A stretch of 64,000 bases of DNA, from contig JADJOG010000002.1 of assembly GCA_016713865.1 (NCBI GenBank), forward strand, positions 126,629 through 190,628, given 5' to 3'. This DNA comes from Flavobacteriales bacterium. Its GTDB lineage: Bacteria > Bacteroidota > Bacteroidia > Flavobacteriales_F > PHOS-HE28. The notes below the pieces were generated by a model. The model searched no databases and was not told the origin of the DNA. It was given only the letters and a program-made list of their open reading frames with translations. How positions within the stretch are numbered: position 1 is the stretch's first letter; the number at the start of each line of letters is the position of its first letter. Below, in pieces: positions 10,173 to 18,278 of this stretch. Made by a program: the position numbers and the translations under genes.

Positions 10173-10691
10173 TTAGTGCGGAAGCTTCTCGCGGAAGTAA
10201 CCGTACACCCATGTGCCGGCCACTGCGCTGATGAAGGTGACGATGATCACGCTGTAGCCCGCGCCGATCTGCGCGAACAGCGGCCCTGGGCAAGCGCCGG
10301 TGATGGCCCAGCCCAAGCCGAAGATGAGCGCGCCGTAGATCTGCCCCTTGTTGAAGGTCTTGGCCGGTATGTGGATCTCTTCGCCATAGATGGTGCGCGC
10401 CTTCGTGCGCCGGATGATCAGTACGCTGATCAAGCCGACCATCACCGCTGTGCCGATACGCCATACGTAATGGAAGCTCTCGAAGCGGAACATCTCCTGG
10501 ATGCGGAACCAGCTCACGATCTCGGCCTTCACGAACACGATGCCGAAGAGGATGCCCCAAGCTGCGTACTTGAAATTGTACCACCACGGATGATTCAGTG
10601 TGCTCTCATTCACGCAGATGGCATCCTGCTCACGGGTCTGCAGGTCGGCCAATGCTTCAGCGGAAGGTGCTTTTGGGAATTCGTTCTGCAT
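10173..10691 (-). CDS. YeeE/YedE family sulfur-compound transporter half (DUF395-type)
   Basis: 172-aa polytopic protein with ATG at 10691 and the family-like segment GLGWAITGACPGPLFAQIG. It is adjacent to a second YeeE/YedE half. Confidence 0.75.
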   Translation of the reverse strand: MQNEFPKAPSAEALADLQTREQDAICVNESTLNHPWWYNFKYAAWGILFGIVFVKAEIVSWFRIQEMFRFESFHYVWRIGTAVMVGLISVLIIRRTKARTIYGEEIHIPAKTFNKGQIYGALIFGLGWAITGACPGPLFAQIGAGYSVIIVTFISAVAGTWVYGYFREKLPH

Positions 10692-10694
10692 GGC

Positions 10695-11264
10695 TCAGAG
10701 GGTAAGGAGGTAGGGGAGGATCAGCCAGGTCATCGCGATGCCGCCGATCATGAACATCATGGTGGCCACCAGGCTGGGCCATTGCAAACTGCTGAGGCCC
10801 ATGATGGCGTGGCCGCTGGTGCAGCCACCGGCCCAGCGCGTCCCGAAGCCCACCATGAAGCCGCCGATCACGAAGAAGATCAGGCCGCGCAGGGTGAAGA
10901 GATTGCCCCAACTGAAGATCTCCGAGGGCTGCAACGAGCTGGTGTCGGTGATGCCTTTCTCCGCGAGGTACGCTGCCGTGGAGTCCGCCAGCACAACAGG
11001 CTCTGGGTTGCTCATGAAGTTGGCTGCGATGAATGCTCCTGCAGCGATGCCACCGACGAAGAACAGGTTCCAGGCCTCCTTCTTCCAATCATACTTGAAG
11101 AAGTTGACGTTGGCAGGCATGCACGCCGCGCAGAGGTGTCGCAATGAGCTGCTGATGCCGAAGGTCTTATTGCCGACGAGTAGCAAGTACGGCACGGTGA
11201 GGCCGATGAGGGCGCCAGCGATGTACCAGGACCAGGGTTGTTTGAGTGTTTCGATCATGGTCAT
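10695..11264 (-). CDS. YeeE/YedE family sulfur-compound transporter half
   Basis: Polytopic protein with FGISSSLRHLCAAC and GTRWAGGCTSGHAIMG (conserved Cys motifs of the family). Start is ATG at 11264 or 11258; the ORF-track start at 11276 is a TTG. Confidence 0.75.
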   Translation of the reverse strand: MTMIETLKQPWSWYIAGALIGLTVPYLLLVGNKTFGISSSLRHLCAACMPANVNFFKYDWKKEAWNLFFVGGIAAGAFIAANFMSNPEPVVLADSTAAYLAEKGITDTSSLQPSEIFSWGNLFTLRGLIFFVIGGFMVGFGTRWAGGCTSGHAIMGLSSLQWPSLVATMMFMIGGIAMTWLILPYLLTL

Positions 11265-11290
11265 GTGAATCGTCAAATCGTCTGATCATC

Positions 11291-12706
11291 TCATTTTCTG
11301 ATCAGCGTGCTGGGGCACACGTAATCCGTGACCTTCACATCCGTCGTCTTGATCGCATTGAATCCGCCGCGCACTTCCACCAGATTGTGGTAGCCGCGCG
11401 CTTTCAACAGGCTTGCCGCGATCATGCTGCGGTAGCCGCCAGCGCAATGCAAATAGTTCGTTTCGTCCTTACTGAAGGCCGCGAGGTTCTGATTGATGAA
11501 CTGCAAGGAGGCATGCCATGCGCCATCCACGTGCTCGGCCTCGTACTCGCCGTCCTTGCGCACATCCACCACGCGGAGCTTGCCCGCGTTGAAGCGCTTG
11601 GCGAATTCGGCGGCGTCGATGCGCTCGATGCTGTCCACATCCTTGCCATCAGCCTTCCATGCTTCCACGCCGCCCTTGAGGTAGCCGAACACGTTGTCGT
11701 AGCCAACGCGGGCGAGGCGGGTCACCACTTCATCTTCCATGCCTTCGTCGGTCACGAGCAGTAAGGGCTGCTTCACGTCGGGTATCATGGCGCCCACCCA
11801 AGGAGCGAAGTCGCCTTTGATGCCGATGTTGATGCTGCGCGGGATGAAGGCATCCTTGAAGATCTCGGCGTTGCGCGTGTCCAGGACCAATGCGCCTTCA
11901 GTTTCGGCCACTAGCTCGAATTGATCGGGCGTAAGAGCACGCATGCCGCGCTCCTTCACGCGATCCACGCTTTCGATCACGCCCTTGTTCATGGCCACGT
12001 TCTGTGGGAAGTAGGCAGGTGGCGGCAATAGGCCGTCGGTCACTTCTTTGATGAACTGCTCCTTGCTTGCGGCCTTCAGTGCATAGTTGTTCTGCTTCTG
12101 GTTGCCGAGCGTGTCCCAGGTCTCCTTGCTCATGTTCTTGCCGCAGGCGCTGCCGGCACCATGCGCGGGATACACCAGCACATCGTTGGGCAAGGGCATG
12201 ATCTTGTTGTGCAGGCTCTCGTAGAGGAAACCTGCGAGATCTTCCTGTGTGATGGCTCCCATCTTCTGCGCCAGGTCCGGACGCCCAACATCGCCGATGA
12301 AGAGTGTGTCGCCGGTGAAAATGGCGTGCGGCTTTCCACTCTCATCCTTCAGCAGGTAGGTGGTGCTCTCCATGGTGTGGCCGGGCGTATGCATCACGGT
12401 GATGGTCACCTTGCCCACGTTCAGCACTTCACCATCGGTGGCGATGTGCGCATCGAACTGTGGATTGGCGTTGGGTCCGTAAACGATGGGCGCCCCGGTC
12501 TTCTTGCTGAGGTCCAAATGGCCGCTCACGAAGTCGGCGTGGAAGTGTGTCTCCAGCACGTACTTGATCGTGGCGCCGCTCTGCTTCGCGCGCTCCAGGT
12601 AGGGTTGTGTTTCGCGCAGCGGATCGATGATCACGGCCTCGCCGTTGCTCTCGATGTAGTAGGCGCCTTGTGCCAGGCAGCCGGTGTAGATCTGTTCGAT
12701 TTTCAT
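11291..12706 (-). CDS. persulfide dioxygenase (MBL fold) fused to two rhodanese domains (CstB/Blh-like)
   Basis: 471 aa. N-terminal metallo-beta-lactamase motif HFHADFVSGH. Two rhodanese-like domains, the last with Cys loop LHCAGGYRS. Confidence 0.85.
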   Translation of the reverse strand: MKIEQIYTGCLAQGAYYIESNGEAVIIDPLRETQPYLERAKQSGATIKYVLETHFHADFVSGHLDLSKKTGAPIVYGPNANPQFDAHIATDGEVLNVGKVTITVMHTPGHTMESTTYLLKDESGKPHAIFTGDTLFIGDVGRPDLAQKMGAITQEDLAGFLYESLHNKIMPLPNDVLVYPAHGAGSACGKNMSKETWDTLGNQKQNNYALKAASKEQFIKEVTDGLLPPPAYFPQNVAMNKGVIESVDRVKERGMRALTPDQFELVAETEGALVLDTRNAEIFKDAFIPRSINIGIKGDFAPWVGAMIPDVKQPLLLVTDEGMEDEVVTRLARVGYDNVFGYLKGGVEAWKADGKDVDSIERIDAAEFAKRFNAGKLRVVDVRKDGEYEAEHVDGAWHASLQFINQNLAAFSKDETNYLHCAGGYRSMIAASLLKARGYHNLVEVRGGFNAIKTTDVKVTDYVCPSTLIRK

Positions 12707-12789
12707 GGTGGGTCAACAGGCATCTTGCCTGTCGTGCTTTTGAGGTGTTGTTGTTCTTGTGATTGTGGGCAGCGAAACCGACGCTCGTT

Positions 12790-13608
12790 CTATGAAAGTG
12801 CCGACAGTTCCCTTCCGATGATGTACACGCCCATCACGAGCACGAACCATCCGAAGGCGGGTTTGAGTTTCTCGTTGGGGATGCGCTTGCTGAGCATGGT
12901 GCCCACGATGATGCCTGCGATGGCCACCGCGCTGAATGCACCTAAGACGCCCCATTCAATGGTCTCACCGCCTTTCAGGTCGCCGGTGAAACCGATGAGC
13001 GATTTAGCGGCGATGATGATGAGGGAAGTGCCCACGGCCTGCTTCATCGGAAGCTTGGCCAATAGCACCAGTGCGGGGATGATGAGGAAGCCACCACCCG
13101 CACCCACCAGGCCGGTGATCGTTCCAACGATGATGCCTTCACCGAGGATCAGTGGGTAATTGAAGGTTGCGGGTTGATGGTTGCCGTCGGTTGAGGGTTG
13201 AGGGTTGCGCGGCTTGCGGATCATGCTGTAAGCGGCGGCCACCATCAGCGAGGCGAAGAGGATGAGCATGCCCAGGGCTTTGCTCACTGCCGTATCGCCT
13301 GCATGAAAGAGCGGATCGGGCAGAGCGGGAACGAGCCAAGCGCGTGTGGCATAAACCGCCAGGATGCTGGGTATGCCGAAGACGATGGCCGTGCGCCAGT
13401 GGATGTTGCCCATGCGCATGTGGCTGAAGCTTCCGATCAGTGCCGTGAGGCCCACGATGAAGAGCGAGTAGGCCGTGGCCAGCACTGCATCCACATGAAA
13501 GAGGTACACGAGGATGGGCACGGTGAGGATGCTGCCGCCGCCGCCGATGAGGCCGAGCGATAGTCCCATGACAATGGCGCCGATGTATCCGATGATCTCC
13601 ATGCTCAT
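12790..13608 (-). CDS. sulfite exporter TauE/SafE family permease
   Basis: ATG at 13608 forms an ATGA overlap with the regulator stop. Two repeats with Gly-rich helices (LIGGGGSILTVPILV, LVGAGGGFLIIPALV). The central loop contains a CAACC-rich tract. Confidence 0.85.
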   Translation of the reverse strand: MSMEIIGYIGAIVMGLSLGLIGGGGSILTVPILVYLFHVDAVLATAYSLFIVGLTALIGSFSHMRMGNIHWRTAIVFGIPSILAVYATRAWLVPALPDPLFHAGDTAVSKALGMLILFASLMVAAAYSMIRKPRNPQPSTDGNHQPATFNYPLILGEGIIVGTITGLVGAGGGFLIIPALVLLAKLPMKQAVGTSLIIIAAKSLIGFTGDLKGGETIEWGVLGAFSAVAIAGIIVGTMLSKRIPNEKLKPAFGWFVLVMGVYIIGRELSALS

Positions 13609-13931
13609 AGGCGTTCGCAGCAGTTCTCGAGGCACGAGACGATCTTCATGAACTCCGGTCGCTCCAAACTCCAGAAGGTGTACTTGCCGTCTTTCTCGCA
13701 GTGCAGCAGCCCGCGGTCGCGCATGAGGGTGAGGTGTTGGCTCAGGATGGCCTGCTCGATGCCCAGCAGCGCTTGCAGCTCGCGGTTGCACAGGCGCTTC
13801 TCCTGACCCAGCGCATCGAGGATGGCCAAGCGCTGCGGGTGCGCGGCCACGCGGAGCAATTCACTCGCTTTGTTCAGTTTCTCAGCGCCGATCCGCTCGT
13901 CGAGGGTGGCTATCTCCGTATGGTGAACCAT
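13605..13931 (-). CDS. ArsR/SmtB-family transcriptional regulator (BigR/SqrR-like context)
   Basis: 108 aa. Winged-helix core AHPQRLAILDAL...LSQHLTLMRDRGLL. Cys residues in RLCNRE and the C-terminal SCLENCC. It is the first gene of the sulfur block. Confidence 0.85.
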   Translation of the reverse strand: MVHHTEIATLDERIGAEKLNKASELLRVAAHPQRLAILDALGQEKRLCNRELQALLGIEQAILSQHLTLMRDRGLLHCEKDGKYTFWSLERPEFMKIVSCLENCCERL

Positions 13932-13938
13932 TGCGGCA

Positions 13939-13983
13939 CAAACGTATAGCCATACGACTATACGTCCGGGTGATACTTATCAC
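13939..13983 (-). promoter_or_regulatory. putative operator/promoter of the ArsR-led operon
   Basis: Perfect 8-bp inverted repeat ACGTATAG-N8-CTATACGT (13942-13965) and palindrome GTGATActTATCAC (13970-13983), both within the 74-bp gap upstream of the regulator ATG. On the sense strand, TACGTTTG (13946-13939) fits the Bacteroidota -7 consensus TAnnTTTG and overlaps one repeat arm. Confidence 0.45.
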
Positions 13984-14005
13984 CTTGCTCGATTGATGCT
14001 CTGAT

Positions 14006-15157
14006 TCACAGCACCTTCAAAATGTCCTGGCCGAAATGCTGCACCTGATACCGGCGCATGCCAGGTAGCGCAGCCAAGGCATCAAGGTCGCCGGGCAAGG
14101 TGCGCGCGATGTCGGCGAGCAATTGGTTGCTGGCCACGATGCCCATGCGCAGATCGAAATCGGTCGTGAGCCGATCACGCACTTGCTTGAGGCGCTTCAG
14201 GCGCTCGTCGTAATCCTCGTCGCGATTCCAGCGCTTCCCTTTGGGCACGCGCGGCCATTCCTCCTTAGGCAGATCGAGGCCGCGTTGCACGGCAGCCATC
14301 AACTCGCGGCCATGGCGCTGCACGAGCTTCTCACCGATGCCCTTTCGCGAACCGATCTCGCGCGCGCTCTTGGGTGGATCGGTGGCCAAAGCGAGCAAGG
14401 GTTCATTGCCCAGTACCATGAAGGGTGCGCGGTCCAGCTTCTCCGCGATGGCTTCGCGAAAGGCATGCACTTCGCGCAAGATCGCGAGCTGATGCGGCTT
14501 CAATAGTTTGGCGCCTTTTATCTTCAAGAAGCCGGGCTCATCGTCCACCGGCAGGTTGAAGGGCGCATCCGTTAGCAGGTTGAATTCCTCTTCGGCCCAC
14601 GACCAGCGATCCTTCGCGATCAGCTTCTCCTTGAGTTGGTCGCGCAGCGCGATCAAGTGGCTGGTATCGCCTGCCGCATAGGCCAGCATGTCGGCCGGCA
14701 GCGGACGCTTGCTCCAATCGGCTTTCTGGAATTTCTTGTCCACCTGAAGGCCTTGGTACTTGCCCAGCAATGAGGCCAAGCCGATCTCCGGCTCGTTCAG
14801 CAACTCAGCGGCCACGAGCGTGTCGAACACGTTCTCAACGCGGATGCCGTGGTACTTGGCCAGGATGCGCAAGTCGTAGTCGGCATCGTGGATCACGACT
14901 TCCATGGCGGGCATGGCGAGTAATTCCTTCAGGGGTTTCAGGTCCACGATGGCCAGCGGATCAACGAGGAAGGTGCGGTCGCGCGTGCTCAGCTGCACCA
15001 AGCACACCTTCTCTTTGTAGCGATGAAAACTGCTGGCCTCGGTGTCGAGAGCGATGACATCCGAGCCGCCTAATTGAGCTGCGCACTTGCTCAAGGCCTC
15101 CGGGCGGGTAATGAGTTCGAATTCGGCCACAGGGAGGCGCTGGTGATGGTGGGCCAA
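14006..15157 (-). CDS. rnd: ribonuclease D
   Basis: DEDD 3'-5' exonuclease motifs (VIALDTEASSF, HDADYDL) and an HRDC-like C-terminal region. 383 aa. Only a TTG at 15157 is available as the start. Confidence 0.85.
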   Translation of the reverse strand: MAHHHQRLPVAEFELITRPEALSKCAAQLGGSDVIALDTEASSFHRYKEKVCLVQLSTRDRTFLVDPLAIVDLKPLKELLAMPAMEVVIHDADYDLRILAKYHGIRVENVFDTLVAAELLNEPEIGLASLLGKYQGLQVDKKFQKADWSKRPLPADMLAYAAGDTSHLIALRDQLKEKLIAKDRWSWAEEEFNLLTDAPFNLPVDDEPGFLKIKGAKLLKPHQLAILREVHAFREAIAEKLDRAPFMVLGNEPLLALATDPPKSAREIGSRKGIGEKLVQRHGRELMAAVQRGLDLPKEEWPRVPKGKRWNRDEDYDERLKRLKQVRDRLTTDFDLRMGIVASNQLLADIARTLPGDLDALAALPGMRRYQVQHFGQDILKVL

Positions 15158-15166
15158 GGTAATGGG

Positions 15167-15505
15167 CTAGGGCGCCAGCATTTCCAAGCCCGGCAGATTG
15201 CGCACGATGCCCCAGGCCAACAAGCCTGCGCACCAAGCCCAAACCACGCGATTGTCATGCGTCAAAGGCGCCCGCCGCCATGATCCAATACCCCATTGAA
15301 GGCCCAGGAGCGGGATGGAGGTCACGAGTGCGGCATTGTGGGAAGCAGCCTCAGCAATGCTGCCATGCAAGAGGTCATGCACTGCACGTTGGGCCCCGCA
15401 GCCAGGGCAGAATAAGCCGGTGAGCCAGTGGAAGGGGCAGGGCAGGAATGACTCGTTGTGCTCAGGATCGAAGAAGAAGAGCAGCCCGACCCAGATGCCC
15501 AGCAC
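15167..15505 (-). CDS. DUF2752 domain membrane protein
   Basis: CPFHWLTGLFCPGCGAQRAVHDLLHG is the characteristic Cys-rich motif. GTG start in the ORF track, so the true N-terminus is uncertain. Confidence 0.7.
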   Translation of the reverse strand: MLGIWVGLLFFFDPEHNESFLPCPFHWLTGLFCPGCGAQRAVHDLLHGSIAEAASHNAALVTSIPLLGLQWGIGSWRRAPLTHDNRVVWAWCAGLLAWGIVRNLPGLEMLAP

Positions 15506-15540
15506 GGCGGGAAGGAGGAACCGGATAGCGCGCGCGGCAA

Positions 15541-16632
15541 TCAGATGTAACGCTCGCCGCTTTCGGCGGTGAGCTCGTTCACGAATTGCTTGATCTGCTG
15601 CTCATCGCGCTTTCGGCATACCAGCAGCGCGTCCTTCGTGCTCACCACGATGCAGTCCTCAAGCCCTTGCAGCACGAGCAGGCGATCATCGTGCGCGTGC
15701 ACAACGTTGCCGCTGCAGCCGTAGAGCTTCACAGCGCTGCCGATGGCTGCGTTTCCCTGCTCGTCCTTGGGCAGGTGCGTGTACAGGCTGCCCCACGTGC
15801 CCAGGTCGCTCCAGCCGAAATCGCTCATCACCGTGAATGCGTTGGCGGCCTTCTCCATGATGCCGTAGTCGATGCTCTCGTTGGCGCATTCGGCGTACAC
15901 CTCTTTGATGGCAGCACGTTCTTCAGTGGTGCCAATGGTGCTCATGCGCTTGTCGAATAGCGCTTGCATCTCCGGCAGATGGCGATGGAACGCGGCGTTG
16001 ATGCTCTTGAGCGTCCAGATGAAGATGCCCGCGTTCCAGAGGAAGTCGCCGCTCTCGATGAAGCGCTGGGCCGTGGAATGGTCAGGCTTCTCCGTGAAGG
16101 TCTTCACCTTCTTCACGCGGGGATGCACAGTGCCATCGCCCTCGTGGAATTGGATGTAGCCGTAGCCGGTATCGGGTCGGCTGGGCACGATGCCGAGCGT
16201 AACCAGGCAATCGCTCGAACGTGCTTGCCTCACCGCGGTGCGGATCGTTTCGTGGAAGGCTTCCTCCTTCAGCACCAGGTGATCGCTCGGCGCCACGATG
16301 ATGGCCGCTGTTGGGTCGTGCTTGCCGATCACGGCATTCGCATAGGCCACGCACGGTGCCGTGTTCTTGCGCTGCGATTCTTCCAGGATCTGCCAGTCGG
16401 CCAGGTCGGGGAGCTGCTCGCGAACGATGGCGGCATACCGATCATTCGTCACCACCAGGATGCGGTCTTTGCCGCAGATGGGCACGAACCGGTCGTAGGT
16501 CTGCTGAAGGAGCGTGCGCCCCAATCCGAGGAAGTCGAGGAACTGCTTGGGGTAGGCTGTGCGGCTCATGGGCCAGAAGCGGCTTCCTACACCGCCCGCC
16601 ATGATCACGCACCAGGTATTCTCATTGCTCAT
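15541..16632 (-). CDS. manC: mannose-1-phosphate guanylyltransferase
   Basis: N-terminal nucleotidyltransferase motif WCVIMAGGVGSRFWPMSR. 363 aa. ATG at 16632. Confidence 0.85.
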   Translation of the reverse strand: MSNENTWCVIMAGGVGSRFWPMSRTAYPKQFLDFLGLGRTLLQQTYDRFVPICGKDRILVVTNDRYAAIVREQLPDLADWQILEESQRKNTAPCVAYANAVIGKHDPTAAIIVAPSDHLVLKEEAFHETIRTAVRQARSSDCLVTLGIVPSRPDTGYGYIQFHEGDGTVHPRVKKVKTFTEKPDHSTAQRFIESGDFLWNAGIFIWTLKSINAAFHRHLPEMQALFDKRMSTIGTTEERAAIKEVYAECANESIDYGIMEKAANAFTVMSDFGWSDLGTWGSLYTHLPKDEQGNAAIGSAVKLYGCSGNVVHAHDDRLLVLQGLEDCIVVSTKDALLVCRKRDEQQIKQFVNELTAESGERYI

Positions 16633-17287
16633 GCGGCGCGCAAGGTATCGGCTCCGGCTCAGGCAAGGGCAGCGGTTCCGGCTTGGTTATTCCCACTTCA
16701 ATCAACGGGTCCATGAGGAAGGAGCGCCGGTCGTTGAGGCAACTGCATTTGAACCTCTTTCGGAGCCGGGGGCCTTTCACGTAAAGCGCTTCGCGGAAAC
16801 GGAACACGGTCCGTTCGGGCAATCGCTCCAGATGCAGTCAAGGCCGTGCATTGTGGCGATGCAATGCGCGCATGAGCCGGGGGTCGGCGCAGCTGCTTGC
16901 AGGTGGGCGACCGATGTGCATGGTGAGGGCCAGCAGCACATCGGGAGGCAGTACCGCCGCACTCAGGTAGGGCTGCATCAGGAGCTTGTAGGCCGTGCGC
17001 CATTCCTGGCCATGGGGCTCAGCGCGCGGGTGCTCGAGGAATACTGCGTGGTGGGCGAACTCGTGGATCAGCGTGACCAGGAAGGCATATGGGTTCAGGT
17101 CGCCGTTCACGCTGATTCGTGGCGAAAGTCCCGAGCGGTCGTTGCGGTAATCGCCGAGTTTGGTGGCGCGTGCCCGGGTGATCCGGATCTGCAGCGGGTG
17201 GGCACGAAGCCAATCGAGCACCGGTGGCCATGCCGCTTCGGGCAGACATTGGCGCAGGCGATCGAGAGATTGCGCGCGTGGGGGCAT
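16622..17287 (-). pseudogene. SprT-like zinc-metalloprotease-fold protein interrupted by an in-frame TGA
   Basis: ORFs 16838..17287 (HExxH-type LIHEFAHH) and 16622..16822 (TVFRFREALYVKGPRLRKRFKC) are in the same frame, separated only by TGA at 16838-16840. As I recall, Bacteroidota homologs are single ~200-aa proteins containing both parts. Confidence 0.6.
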
Positions 17288-17293
17288 CGCGTT

Positions 17294-17482
17294 TCAGCAA
17301 GGAGTGCCGACCCAAGGTTGGGCGCATGCACGATCCGAAGGGCGCTCTTCTTTCATTCCCCAACTGGGGCAGTTGCAACCCTTCTTCCGGTACTTCAGGG
17401 ATTTGCGCGGCCTGCTGCTGCACGCTGCGGCGAGGAGCAAGATCAGCGAGACAAGGAGGATCGAGCGGGTGGTGGTGCGCAT
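17294..17482 (-). CDS. small Cys-containing lipoprotein (hypothetical)
   Basis: ATG at 17482. MRTTTRSILLVSLILLLAAAC lipobox, followed by the basic stretch RPRKSLKYRKKGCNCPSWG. 62 aa. Divergent from mlaE. Confidence 0.4.
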   Translation of the reverse strand: MRTTTRSILLVSLILLLAAACSSRPRKSLKYRKKGCNCPSWGMKEERPSDRACAQPWVGTPC

Positions 17483-17537
17483 CGCTTTGCGCCGCCAAGG
17501 TAGTGGGGCAGAGGCGTGGCCTACATTCGCCGCCACC

Positions 17538-18278
17538 GTGAGCATCGTATTCCACATCGGCCGTTACGCGCTTCTGCTGCGCGAGGTGTTCGCGCGTCCG
17601 GAGCGGCTCAGCATCTATTGGCGGCGCACCGTAGAGGAAATGGATCTGCTCGGTGTGCAGAGTTTGGGCATCGTGGCCCTGCTGAGCGCTTTCATGGGCG
17701 CCGTGATCACCATTCAGACCAAGACCAATATTGATAGCCCCTTGATCCAGGCCTGGGTGGTGGGCTTCGCCACGCGCCAAAGCGTGATCCTGGAGTTCAG
17801 CCCCACGGTGATTTCCTTGATCCTTGCAGGAAAAGTCGGCAGCAACATCGCCGCTGAGATCGGATCCATGCGCGTGAAGGAGCAGATCGATGCGCTGGAT
17901 ATCATGGGCGTGAATTCGGCGGGCTACCTGATCCTGCCGAAACTGGCTGCGACGATCATGATCTTCCCCTTCCTGGTCATGATCAGCATGTTCCTCGGGA
18001 TCTTCGGTGGATGGATGGCCGGTGTGCAATCGGGGGTGATCTCCAGCGACGATTTCATCATGGGCATCCAGACGGGCTTCAAGCCCTTCCACGTCACTTA
18101 CGCGCTGGTGAAGACCGTTGTTTTCGCGTTCATCATCACCACGGTCAGTGCCTATCAAGGCTATCACACGCGCGGCGGCACGCGCGAGGTGGGCATCAGC
18201 AGCACGCGCGCGGTGGTGTACAGCAATGTCGCCATCCTGCTAGCCAACCTCGTGCTCACGCGGGCACTGCTGCTATGA
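17538..18278 (+). CDS. mlaE: MlaE/YrbE-type ABC transporter permease
   Basis: Family-like LGVQSLGIVALLSAFMGAVITIQT and six hydrophobic segments. GTG at 17538 gives 246 aa. The upstream part of ORF 17160.. overlaps minus-strand genes and looks non-coding. Confidence 0.75.
   Translation: MSIVFHIGRYALLLREVFARPERLSIYWRRTVEEMDLLGVQSLGIVALLSAFMGAVITIQTKTNIDSPLIQAWVVGFATRQSVILEFSPTVISLILAGKVGSNIAAEIGSMRVKEQIDALDIMGVNSAGYLILPKLAATIMIFPFLVMISMFLGIFGGWMAGVQSGVISSDDFIMGIQTGFKPFHVTYALVKTVVFAFIITTVSAYQGYHTRGGTREVGISSTRAVVYSNVAILLANLVLTRALLL

Noticed and set aside
16838-16840. TGA reassignment (Trp/Gly) or selenocysteine at the in-frame TGA of the SprT-like gene.
   Set aside because: Many genes in the window end at TGA (prfB, fumC, tatC, pabB, the ArsR regulator). 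An RF2 gene is present. The position is not a conserved Cys site, and I saw no convincing SECIS-like hairpin. A nonsense mutation or base error is the simpler explanation.
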